From the NCBI GenBank assembly GCA_051362555.1, contig CM120643.1, positions 26,850,848 to 26,914,847 on the forward strand: DNA of 64,000 nt. The letters run 5' to 3'. The notes beneath the pieces are model-generated. The model searched no databases. It was not told the DNA's origin and saw only the letters and a list, made by a program, of their open reading frames with translations. Below, piece after piece: positions 35,638-49,465 of the stretch. Both the position numbers and the translations under genes were made by a program. This DNA comes from Lingula anatina. Taxonomy: Eukaryota; Animalia; Brachiopoda. How positions within the stretch are numbered: position 1 is the first letter of the stretch; each line of letters opens with the position of its first letter.

Positions 35638-38596
35638 GTACGTCCGCTTTTTTTATTTTTATTTTTATTGTTTAAAATACATTATCTATTATATATGTGA
35701 CTCTGTAGGTCTATCACTGCATGGTGGATCAAGGATCGATGAAGGGAGGGTCGTGGATCCAAAATTAGAATGAAGCATTTTATCCTCCAAACAAACAAAA
35801 ACAGGAAAGGTAATTAACCCTATCCATGACTGGTGAGGTCGTTTACGCGTTTTATGTCATGTTTATCAGCTTTCGGGATATGTTTTCGGGCTATTTGCAT
35901 CAAATTTCTTTTTTTTAAATATTGTTTAGGTCGTAAAGGACCCCGCCAGATACATGTATACTTCACTATTTAACCATTCAGAGCCTGGTGTGTTTTTTTC
36001 TGAAAATTTCACTCAGATTATTCATTAGGGTAGATGTGATAAGACTCGGTGGTCAGACTAATTACATGTACCATCCCCAGAAATGCACTGCATGACGTCA
36101 CGCTTAGCCCACTGCGCATGCGTGTACTTTAAATGAGTTGCTAGATTGCCATAGGAAAATGAATGGGTTCGCGATTCGTGGGTAATTCGTGATAATTGAC
36201 AAACTAACGGCCTGATGCCGATTGACAGCAACGCTGTGCTATGCTTCAAGCAACTCCTGACCAAATGTCGCTAGGGTTTTTAAAAAAATTGTGTTGTACA
36301 CACGTACTAAGAAGTTTGCCGTGTATTGCCTAGCCTACCCTCAGCAAAACGCACATATTTTCAGAAACAAGGGCAAACTAATTCGTTGCCGATAGCACCA
36401 GCAGATAGCAGCACCATACAGAGTCTGATTAAAAACTTTCATGGCAATTGAAGAACTTTTACCACTATACAATGGAGTCCAAAAAAAGCACTTGGCACAA
36501 ATGTGAAACTGCCCAGTGCAAGGTCAAGAATTCAATCAGTATTTTCAATCATATTATCAAATTCTACATAAATTGACCGACAATATCACTACTCAGTATT
36601 TAACTAATCTCTTAATCCAAAATTCCTATCATAATTTAATAATAATAATGCAAAATTCTTCTTTCAGATTGCTATTTATTTTAAATTTTAATGCTGCAAC
36701 TGTTCCAAAATAATCTTGTTGTAAAGGAAAAATGCAAATAAGAAGTGGAAGACCAATTTTACCCACATTATTCAATTATTTGAGTATAAAAAGAATAAGA
36801 TCACGATTTAACAAATTAAAATAATCTTTCATGAACTCTTTCATGAATAACATATTCTGGAATATATGACCTCTGTGCATCATCAGTACCTGACTTGGTA
36901 CAGTATATATAGTTACTACTTGGATACAGAGTTAAATTTAATAATGTAACAATAAGAACAATATATATTACAATAAACTTCTCTAGTCATGTCAGACGCT
37001 TGTTACCATAAACTAACACTACTTGGCAATGGGCTGAGCACTTATCACAGAGTCTGTGTGTGTCTGTTGTGCTGTGATGGGCTAGTTGAGTCACGTGAAG
37101 CCCTACTGTAGCGCCCTCGCGTATCGCGTGAATGCTACGCATTTCTGGCCATGCGTAAAAATATGAATATAAAACTTGACATAGCTTTTTACGCAAGGTC
37201 TCATCGTTACGTCCGCCAAGAGGGTTATGTTTTCATCTCCGTTTATTGTCTTTTCCTCACCATTCTAACACTATCCACACTATTTATAATAGACAAAAAC
37301 CTCTATCCGTCCAGTGATGATTTACTGTCACGCATGTGCCGATAGCTTCGCCCCTTTTGCTTCTAATGAATATTCATTTGATTGAGAAGTCTGCATGATA
37401 CCTAACTCGACTGATGCAACCTGCATAATTGAAAAAAAATATCCCGTAATAAAGGAAACCGGAGGGGAAAGGACTGTGCCGAAAGTGCGCGTCATATGAC
37501 GTCGAGTGGTGTAAGATGTGAAGATTCCTGGTTATTTTTAGCTGGAATTACACGGCAGTGGAGCCATGAGTGCAAAGCGGATTTTCTGACGGCATGATAA
37601 TATTGTTTTTGTCTTTTGGCATTTTGAGCAAATAATACTTGTAGAAATAAGGGGTATATGATATGAAAACGTGTCACTAAGCTTGAAGGTGCAAAATTAT
37701 GCTTCTTTTCAGTCAGTTTGTTTTCTAATTACTGACTGACTGAATTAAGTTACTGCATCGACCGACAGCGCGACAAATAACGTCACGGGAAAAATCGTGC
37801 AAGGCTGTAAATCGTTGTCATGTGCACTTTTGCATTTATCACCACTCAATATTGTAAAGGCTCCGGCATTATTAATAATCTTTGTGATTTCATTCATCCC
37901 TATTTCTGCCTTATGTAAATGTGAACAGACCATTTACATGCAGAGCTGAATTTCCAGTTAGCTCTAAAACTCAGGGTACCTACAAGATGGCCTTGTTTTT
38001 ACAGTCACCTTGTTTTTACAGTCACCTATATTACACATATTACTTAATGTTGACCTCTGCTCTATATAAAGTTGATAGCATGAGCTGTGTTTGGACATAG
38101 AATGAACATGGGAAGTGTATGTTTAATTAATACGTTAATTTTGTCTTATTTTAGACATGTCTGTACTCATCGGAGAAGTATATCGGTGATGGTTTATATA
38201 CAGGCTAGCAGACGACAATCTGAACGATATACGACTGGTTGTGGTTTTTGGGGATGGGATGACTGCACTCAATACAGGTACGTGGTGATTTCATTATTAA
38301 CTCTGGCCTGTGACATTTTATTAAAACTAAAAGTAGATCAGTCATGATCAGTCATGATATACAGGTACACATCAGCATTTTGTCAGCAGTACAAACGTTA
38401 TTCCACAAATTGCTGGTTTAAAGGATGAAAGCGAAGCACCAGATACAGGCACGGATACAGGTTGCCTGGAAGATTCCTCTTTAATTAATCTTTTAATTTC
38501 TTTTTATATCGAGATTTAAATTCAACTTGTAAAATCTGTTAATATACCTTCAATAAATGGCAATTACCTTTCATAAATGTCTTAATTTCAGTCACA

Positions 38597-38644
<48 letters not shown>

Positions 38645-38979
38645 CCGACACCCGGAACTTGAGCTCATTTGTGTGCAATTCCACGCCTCACAGATCAGTC
38701 CTACCATGAATGAAAATGACGTAACCGTTGTGTTACGAGTAGCATATCTGTTCAGTTGGTCAAAGTAAATTAGGCACAGGAAATAAGTACATAATAGTCT
38801 CAATGGATTTTCTGGAGATAGATTACTAAATGCACGCTTCTTTTGTTTACTGAAGAGCTTGCTCTTCAACAATCCTGTTGTTCATTAGAGAGTAGCATTA
38901 GTCATCTTGCTGCAAAAGGCCATTTATTATTTACAATAAATGCACCAAAAGTAATCTTTAGGGGCAACAAACGCAAAAA

Positions 38980-39014
<35 letters not shown>

Positions 39015-40516
39015 CATAACATAACATAAAAAAGCTTTCATGTGGTTTCCAAAAGCTACAATTTGTTTTTTTTAAACAAGTGGAAAGCATGCTATGCTGA
39101 ACAACGTTTATTTGTGGCACTCTTAAGAGTCAAGCTAGAAATAATTTGATTCCTTGCCTTTTTGACAAGACTGTTGTATAGTGGACTATCGATTATTATA
39201 AGGTATTGATTGAGATTGGTAAAACACACAACTGCACCGGTGTTCATGGAGGTAAAACAATTTTGAATACATAATTATAGATAAACGATAATCTGCGAAG
39301 TATCTACCGGTATATAGTTGCTATTTACAGTTAAGGGTCTCTCGTTCTCTACAGATGAAATATAAAAGATGGAAAGGATGTCTTTTTTCTTATTATTTTG
39401 ATTATTTTTGCTGTATTTAGATCGTTTAGTATAGGTAGAAACCTACACTCAAATGCCAGGGCACCTAGAATAGAATATTGCACTTTGAACTATACACTGT
39501 ACAGCATTTTTGTAACAGACCACTATAGCGCCCCCTATGGTCAGAGCGTGCATGTAGTAGAAATCAGTCCGGCTGTCAAAATGTTAACAGTGTTGGACAG
39601 CACGTATTTTCTGGTTTTTATATCACCATCTCAATGGAGGTGGAAATTTATCGTCGTGCCTATAAAGAATATTATAATAAAATTGAGTTAACAAATCGTA
39701 GGTTTCGCAACATTTTGGATATGATGTTAAATGTTAAGACATGGAAAGATTGCTAAAGCTTCCAAGTAAATCCAGTAACAGTAATAAAGGTCTAACGTAC
39801 GTTGTTTGTCTTGATTTCAAAACCACATCCGGGCCCCATTCATCTCAATTAATTTTTGACAAGTTTGTCATTTTCCAGATATTCTATAACATACTACAAC
39901 AAGCCAGTGTACAAGGCACAATATAGCCTGACACATATCTGTTGTCCTGGTTGGAAACAAACTGGATCAACTTGTAACACACGTACGTGAGTGACTCGCA
40001 TGTGCATTTATAATACATGTAAAATGTGGACTCTTTATGTACATATTTATTTGATTATTTAGATATTCCTTAAAATATTTGTTCGCCTTTTTTTCATTCG
40101 ATTTGTATATGAGTCAAAAACCTAAATTTTAGTGAATGTATTTTCTTATAAAGCATGCTTTAGTCCTCAAGTCGTAAAGGCAGTGACGTGTCTTATACTA
40201 AAGGCTTATAATACAAGATCATATATTTCGAGTATAATTTCTTAGTGAGTGTATTCTATAATTAGGGAGTGTGTTTATAACAAACGCTGTTATTACCTGT
40301 AGGAATACGCTGAAGCATGTGTTTAATCATTTCAATACATGTTACTGTTGTCATTACATTCGTTCATATTTCTTGACCATATGCATTTTTATACATTCAA
40401 GCAATTTGTAGCCGTGGGTGTGTCCATGGTTCTTGTACCGCCCCCAATGTGTGCACCTGTACAAGCGGTTACAGCGGAGCACGGTGTGATGCCGGTAAGT
40501 ATGCGTACTGCAGTAA

Positions 40517-40552
<36 letters not shown>

Positions 40553-42961
40553 AAAGAATTAATAGTTGCAGTTAATTTTTTTTAGCAGCAACAGTATAGT
40601 ATCTCTGCAGTAAGAAGTACTTTTTCAAATCCTCTTGTCAAGAATTCCACATAATGCATTAAGTGCACCCCTGTGTTGTCTTATACTTTGTTGCAGATAT
40701 CAACGAATGCATGGGTTCCCATGGCTGTAAACACAAATGTGTGAATACTGCAGGAAGTTACAGGTGCACGTGTAGAACTGGCTATGTATTGTCTGGCACT
40801 AAAAACTGTTACGGTGAGTTTTTAATTTGGGGAAAAGAACAGATATTTCAATAATTGTCTATTATTATTATTATTATCACTCTCTTCTTGTGGCACACAA
40901 GAAAAAATATCACCGCTCCCGTATTGAATCTGCTGATCAGAAAACACTTTTCAAGATCGTGGACCAAATATCGGAATCAAAATCATCTCAACTGAATGTC
41001 CTTCCAGACATGGAAATTTCAGAGCTTACTTTACAGATAAGATCAAGAGCATTCGAAATGATCTCGTTTCTTATTCTTCTGTAGAAATCTCAGAAACCCC
41101 AGTTACCTGTACTCATGCAGTATTGACTGAATTTTCACCTGTATCAGAAGAAGATGTTTAGCATTAATGAAAAGCATGAATTCTAAATCTTCTGCCTTAG
41201 ATCCTGTGCCAACACATAATATCAAAGAATGCATTACTGTTCTGGCCCCAGTTATTTTAAAGATAGTGAATCTCTCTTTTACAACAGGCATCTTCCCATC
41301 CAACTGCAAAACAGCAATTGTTAGACCCTTGTTAAAAAAACAAGGCCTGTGCAAACAAGTGTTTAAAAATTATCGACCAATATCAAACTTGCCCTTCTTA
41401 GGGAAGTTTCTTGAGAAAATGGCATGTATACAACTGAATAACTATCTAGCTCAAAACAGTCTATATGGCAAGTTTCAATCAGCTTATAGAGAAGGACATA
41501 ACACAGAAACAGCTCTCCTAAGGGTTCATAATGACATCATGCTTTCTTTAGACAAACACAAAGATGTTATTTTAGTCCTTTTAGATCTGTCTGCCGCATT
41601 CGACACCATTGACCACAACATACTTCTGCACAGACTACAGTACCGATTTGGAGTAAAAGATTTAGCACTTAATTGGTTAACCTCATATCTAAAAGATCGA
41701 ACACAAAATGTGTCAATTGAGTCGTTGCTATCAGAGCCTACTTTTTTAGAGTATGGTGTCCCTCAGGGGTCTGTGCTAGGTCCATTGCTCTTCTCATTGT
41801 ATATGCTACCAATAGAAGACATTATAGTTAAACATGGTCTCAACACTGTCATTTTTGCTGATGACACTCAAATTTATGTCACAAGTGAAAGTAATCGCTC
41901 CATGGCTATCACCTCAATAGAAACTTGTCTAGTTGAGATCCGGAATTGGATGAAAACAAACATGCTAGCACTAAATGATGGAAAAACTGAACTAATATGG
42001 TTTACATCAAGGTCTAAGTCAGACAGTGGAAATGCAATGAAATCTGATATTTGTATCGGTGGTGTCAACATCAATCCATCTAGCTATGTGAAAGATTTAG
42101 GTGTCACCTTTGATCAGTATGCAACTATGGATAGACGGATCTCTGAAATTTGCAAATCGGCATCATACTCACTTTGGCGAATTAGTAAGATACGTGACTT
42201 ACTGGACAAAACTTCAACTGAAAAACTAGTCCATGCTTTCATTACTTCTAAGCTTGATTATTGCAACAGTCTCTTATATGGTTTAGGCAAAAATCATCTA
42301 AACAAACTTCAATTAATTCAAAATTCTGCAGCTAGGCTGGTAACTAAAATGGGATGGAACAACCGAGAGCATATAACACCTGTTTTGATGGAACTTCACT
42401 GGCTTCCAGTAAGAGAGAGAATTTTATTTAAAATTTTATGTGTCATTTTTAAAGCAGTCACTGAGAATAAACCACTTTATATCTCAGAACTTATGAAGCA
42501 ACATCAGCATGGAAGAGTTACCAGGTCTTCAACTTTTAGTCATTTACTTTTAGAACACAGTGTCTTAGAGAAAAAAGCTGGTAAATTTTACGGTGAAAGG
42601 GCATTTATGATATACGCACCCAAAGTTTGGAACACCTTACCCTCTGAAATACGAGCAGCAGGTGACATAGATACTTTTAAAAAGCTTTTGAAGACTCATA
42701 TTTTTAGAATAGCCTATCAGTAACTATCATATAGTTAATTTTAGTTTTTAATAGGGTGTACTGTAATTTTATGATTAATTTTAAATGTTGTCACTTTAGG
42801 TTCTTATCATTTTGGAATATGAATAATTGGTTCTTTAAATTAGTTCTTAGTCCTTTAAAATTGTAATGTGTTCTTATATTAGTATTGTGTTATTTAGCTC
42901 TTTTAAGTGAATGTTGTAAGGCGCATTGAGATTTTAAATGGAATGCGCCATAGAAAAATAA

Positions 42962-43004
<43 letters not shown>

Positions 43005-44830
43005 TGTCTTGACATGCATTAAAGAGAATGCTGAAACTAGTTGTGCATTAAGTGCATCCGTTTTGTTGTCTTATATTTTGTTGCAGATATCAACGAATGC
43101 ATGGGTTCCCATGGCTGTAAACACAAATGTGTGAATACTGCAGGAAGTTACAGGTGCACGTGTAGAACTGGCTATGTTTTGTCTGGAACTAAAAACTGTT
43201 ACGGTGAGTTTTTAATTTGGGGAAAAGAACAGATATTTCAATAATTGTCTATTTTATTATTATTATTATTATTCTGTCTTGACATGCATTAAAGAGAATG
43301 CTGAAACTAGTTGTGTATTAAGTGCATCCGTTTTGTTGTCTTATATTTTGTTGCAGATATCAACGAATGCACGGGTTACCATGGCTGTCAACACAACTGT
43401 GTGAACACTGCAGGAAGCTACAGGTGCACGTGTAGAACTGGCTATGTATTGTCTGGCACTAAAAACTGTAACGGTGAGTTTGAATTTGGTGAGAAAACAG
43501 ATGGTTCAACAATTTTACTATTTTATTATTATTATTTTGTCTTGTCATGCATTCATTATTATTGTGACAAGCTAACAATGGAGAGAACACGCTTATGTTG
43601 GGATATTAATAAGCAAAACAAATGAACAATCTAATACATGATCAAAACCAGAACTGAAGTAAGATAAAATGAAACAGACCTGGAACATTACAATAAGTAC
43701 CATAGAACCATGGAATCGATCAATTCATTTATTTTCCAGACATAAACGAATGTACTACAGGCACCCATAGATGTGATCACACGTGTCACAATTCTATTGG
43801 TGACGAGATGTAATTAAAAAAAATACACGTTTCATTCAATTCTCCAAAGGTCCATCAGATTTCAAGAAATGTTCTGGATTAAGCTTCAAAATGTGTACGA
43901 TAATTCCTCAAAGTTTTGGTTATCTACGTCATTTGCATAAAAGTAATGTTCTTTTAAAATGTCTTAAAATTTCTTGAAATTTGATGGACCTTTGCAGGAT
44001 CCATTAAAATTTTTGCGTAATCTGTTTTTTTGGGGGGTCACCTTGTATGAGTTATTTTTTAAGTTAATGACAGTCATCAGTTCACATATCTGTAGCTAAC
44101 TGCATTGAAATTGCACAGATCAGTATAATGTATTTCATGAAGTCATTATGTAGCGGTCTATATTATGTACTGAGGATTTGCGTGGTAGATCTTCCTTGTA
44201 TTCGAAGTTCGTAGTGCGTGATTCATAGACTATTTAACATATTGGGTTTAATCTAAACTACACAAAAATGGTAAGGTCAAATCTATTTTGACACAAATGC
44301 TTTTTTTTCAGATATTGATGAATGTTCCACTAATAAAGGTGGATGCTCTCAAGTATGTTCCAACATCCGGGGAAGTTACCGCTGTAGTTGCAATGTTGGC
44401 TATGCCCTGCAGGCGGACAGACACTTGTGTAGAGGTACATTGTGTTTTTTGTGGTCCCTATGGAAATATAATAGGAGTTAGGACTTGATTTTCACACGCG
44501 AGATTTCAATTGTTGCCAATTATATAGGGACATCTGGCATTTTGGAACAAAGACTGATTAAAACAATATGTGATGATTCGTGATTTATTAATTTTGAAAA
44601 TATTGAACTAATATTTGATGTCATTAAATAAATCCAGATGTCTAACGAATTGGATTTTTAACATAACCAAAGATATCGACGAATGTTTCACTGGCAATGG
44701 CGGCTGTACCCATACCTGCACCAACACCGTGGGAAGTTTCTTTTGTACCTGTAGGACTGGTTTTGTACTGGACGGGAACGGCCTGACTTGTTCTGGTAAG
44801 GGTGATATAGGGATCATAATGATATAATTT

Positions 44831-44877
<47 letters not shown>

Positions 44878-47800
44878 TACATGTAGATAAGGAACGTGAC
44901 TATCTCACAAATGTTTTGAATACAAAGTGAGCAATTTCTATGGACTCCCTAAAATACTTAAAAGCGAATGCATCAACAAAGCATGCAAGACAGCAAAATC
45001 GACCTACGTAGAAGTCAATAATACGAGTGATTTAAAAATGCGTCTAATTAAAGCTGGGCCAGCATGCGAAACTCACAGCTTCACCAATTTTCTAGACATT
45101 TTATTAAAACCCCTTACCAAAGAAGTAAAAAGCTACGTAAGGGATACAGTGGACTTCCTTAACAACTTGCCAAAAAAAATTAATGGAAATTCCATACTAG
45201 TTTCCTTCGATATTACCAACATATACTCAAACATCCCTCATGATCTGGTCATTGAGGCAATCAGCTATTGGATAGAAAGATACCCGTCACTTATTCCAAA
45301 ACGTATCCAAAATACCCTCATTACAGAAAGACTAAAGTTCATCTTGACAAACAATACTTTCCACTTCAATGGCAAACATTATCGCCAAAAAATAGGAACT
45401 GCAATGGGTACAAAAGTAGCCCCCACTTATACTACACTTGTCTTAGGATACATCGAAAAAGGCCTGTACAAAAAATGCGAAGAACGGTTTGGACTCGAAT
45501 TTAGGAATCATTAGAAAACACATGGAAACGTTTCCTTGATGACTGCTTTATAATTTGGGACAAAACAGAAAATGAATTGGAAGACTTCAACCTGATCCTT
45601 AACAACCTACATCCCTCAATTTACGAAGGATTCAAATTCAACACAACTCCCATTCCTCGATGTTATGGTCATGAGTGTCAAGTAAAAATTGAGACAGATG
45701 TGTATTACAAAACAACAGACACAAAACAATATCTCCCTTTTAACTCGTGTCATCCCAGACACATTAAGCACAACATACCATACAATCTAGCTCGAAGACT
45801 ATGCACAATTGTCTCAAATGAAACCATATTAAAACAAAGGCTCAAAGAACTGGAAGGATTCCTATTAAGGAGACAATACCCAAGACAACTGATACAAACT
45901 GGGATTAAAAAGGCAAAACAAATACAGATGAACGACCTGAGGACCACCAAAGACAAAATTAAAAAGGAAGCCATACCGTACATATCAACATATAATCCAA
46001 AAAATCTGGAAGTACACAATGTCATAACTGGAAATTTACCTTTGGTAAACAAGATGACAAAATGAATGAGATACTAACTGAGATGCAGATTATAAAGAGT
46101 AAGAAACAAAGTCCATCACTTAAGCAAATTTTAACAAAAGCAAAATTTGAAAACAATTCCAGGACAAGTGTGGAAACCTCAACAATACGAGTACAAAAAT
46201 GTGAGGTACCCAGGTGCGGCACCTGTCCAATAATTAAAGAGGGGAGCCATCTAACATTTAAAAATGGACTTACATTTAGAATTAAACACCCATTCACCTG
46301 AACTAGCTCAAATTTAATTTATGTATTGACCTGCAGTGGATGCGGTGAGAACTATATAGGACAAACTCGAGACACTCTCCGACATAGAAGGACCGTTCAC
46401 AGACAACAAATAAGACAAATAAGACAACAGTGGGCACATTAGGGAATGCTCTATGTACAAAAACAAGGACTTTACGGTATTCCCATTTTATAAATTCACA
46501 AGGGAAACAACCCAAACAGAGAGGGAAATTAAAGAAAATCTATTCATTAATAAGTATAGACCTACATTGAATAGATAATAGCATTGGTAAAAACAACAAT
46601 TAAACACCCATTGTTACAGACGTCACATTTTAGCCTTATGACATCACCTAGTAACAAATAAACAAAACTCCCTGAAGAAAGAATGAAACTGGTCGGGGCA
46701 AAATAGCTGCTGTTCTTTTTTTCTTTTTGATATATATATAAATGTTTTTGAATGAACTGTGCCTTAGCAGTTATTCAAAACGTTTATGTTCTGTATTTAG
46801 ATGATGCATGCGTTTTGTAATGTTGAAAAACATTAAAAATGTATGTGTTAACACGTTAACATTTAATTGGTAAAAACTTATGCTGATTATAACTATTATC
46901 AAAACTAAATTTGAGCTGATTTATTTTAATATTAGAGCACGACGAGTGTTTAACGTCCCATCATGGCTGCGAGCAGAAATGTAACAATCTTCATGAGAGC
47001 TACTACTGTTCCTGCAACAAAGGCTACGTCCTTGATGCTGACAATAAACTCTGCAACGGTAAGGCAAAGAAGCCGTCTATTTTACAAAAAAATCAAGTCA
47101 AATAATTTTTCTCCATAAAATATGGATTTCAGGTGATGAAATGTATTTTTCCAAGATAGAACGTGTAAGATGCTTTATACTGATCTGAGTGCCAAATACT
47201 ATCTCCACTTAGTAGACAGTTGGTAAAGCGATGAAGCCGAGTGAGGCAAAATAGCATTAGTTTTGTAACATTGGTGGAATTCATATACGAATTATGTTTT
47301 GCAGATGTTGACGAATGCAGTAACGGGACTCATGCTTGTGATCATAACTGTCACAATACACGTGGTAGCTACACGTGTTTATGTAGAAATGGGTATGAAC
47401 TGGCCTACGATGGACGTGGATGTACAGGTAAATACAGTAATCTGTCCATTTACCGGTACATTAGACGCGTCACAGTGAAAATGACAGAGGTGCTTGGTTA
47501 TTCACAAGTGCTCTTGAAGTGATGTGCTTGTTAAAAAAGGTTAAACATAATTAAAACGAGAAGAAAACAAGTGTTGGACGTCACATTATGGCTGTGAGTA
47601 ATCTTCATGGCAACTACATCTGCTCTTGCAATAAAGGTTTTGTTCTTGCCGCTAACAAGAAATTCTGCAACTCTGTGTCAAAGATGTAATTGAATTCGAA
47701 AACTTTATTTCTTCCATTCATTTTTTTGTAATTTCTCGTTATGCATTCATAAGGGTAAACATTTTGCCTAAGGTTGTAGTTTCAAGAAGAAAAGCACTCC

Positions 47801-49378
47801 GAGATCGCAGACCTCCGCCAAGGCAGCAAAGTATCCACCAAACGCCGTTTCACCCCTAAACTTTCCTTCTGTAATGATTTAGTTTTTTTATTTTTTATTT
47901 TTGATTATTGATTGATAATTGTTCCGGATCACCACTAAAAACTAATCATCTGTTCCTTGGCCCACTTCTGACAGTTCCTGAAAATTTCATCAAAATCAGC
48001 CCATAACTTAGTTCTTTTTTATTATTGATTATTGATTTACTATTGATCCAGATCACCACCAAAAACTAATCACTTCTACGCCAACCCATTTCTGACGTAC
48101 CCTGAAAATTCCATCGAAATTCATCCATAACTTTTTGAGTTATGCTGATAAGAAACAGTCGGCCAGACAGACAAACAAACAGAGGTGAAAACATAACCTC
48201 CTTTCCATCTGAGCAGGAAGGCGAAAAATAATATTTTAACATGTTTTACTTTTTTCCAGATGTTGACGAGTGTAGTAAAGGAAATCATGCCTGTGAACAC
48301 AACTGTAACAATACACGTGGTAGCTACACGTGTTCATGTAGAAATGGGTATGAACTGGTCTCCGATGGACGTGGATGTACAGGTAAATCTTGGACATAAT
48401 AACGAAAGGACGTGAAACGCGGAGCAAGATCAAAGGATAATCGGCCTAGCGCGAGCTCTTCATGAAACCATGTGCGTTCGGATCACGTGACCTCCCGTAC
48501 TACTACTACTACTACTGTGAACTGCATATCGCAATTGTCGATTACTTTTTGTGTCATTTGGGCAGGTAGTTCGCGATAACGTGAGGCAATCCTTCGGGTG
48601 GATGAGACAATAAACTTATAGAGATTAAGTATAAGTACAATTTGTTCTATCAATATGGAAGCTATGTGAGAATTTGATATGTTTGTTCATGGAGGAATTC
48701 AAAATGCCCTATGTGGTGAAGGCAATCTTGTTTGTTTCCCTAAAATGAGCATTCAAAATTGTATAATTGTTGTGTAGTATAATTGTTTTTAGCGATGATC
48801 CGATAGGAAAATATTTCTAGTGTCGAAAATTTTTCTCTGTGTGACAAATTAGTCTGAGATGCGGCAGTAATGAAACCTTAAATCGTGTCTTGAATTAAAA
48901 TGACGCAATTTCTCTCCGATTTCTTAGGCTCGCTGACATTTCTCTAAGGCTGGTATTCTTTATGCACCTTTTAAATAAATATGACAAAAACACTGCTGTT
49001 TACTTTATGTATAAATTCGTGCTCCTTGCAAAAATATGCGCGATTTTTGGGATGATAATTTATATTTTTTTACTCTCAATATCGGCTCTCGGTGCAATAT
49101 GGCACCACACACGCATTTGTGACACACAAAAACGCACTCGGGGTGCTTTTAATATCTTTTTATCAAAGTTGACATCAACACTACTGTGAACTGTATATAT
49201 ATGTTCATTTTACCGGCTAACGTCTTCTCGACTTTGGGGATGCTAATTAATATTTTTTTACCATCAATATCGGTTCTCGTTGCAATACGGCAAAACACAT
49301 ACATTTGTGACACACAAAAACGCACCCGGGGTGTTTTTAATATCCTTTTATCAAAGTTGACATCAACACTACTGTGAA

Positions 49379-49465
<87 letters not shown>

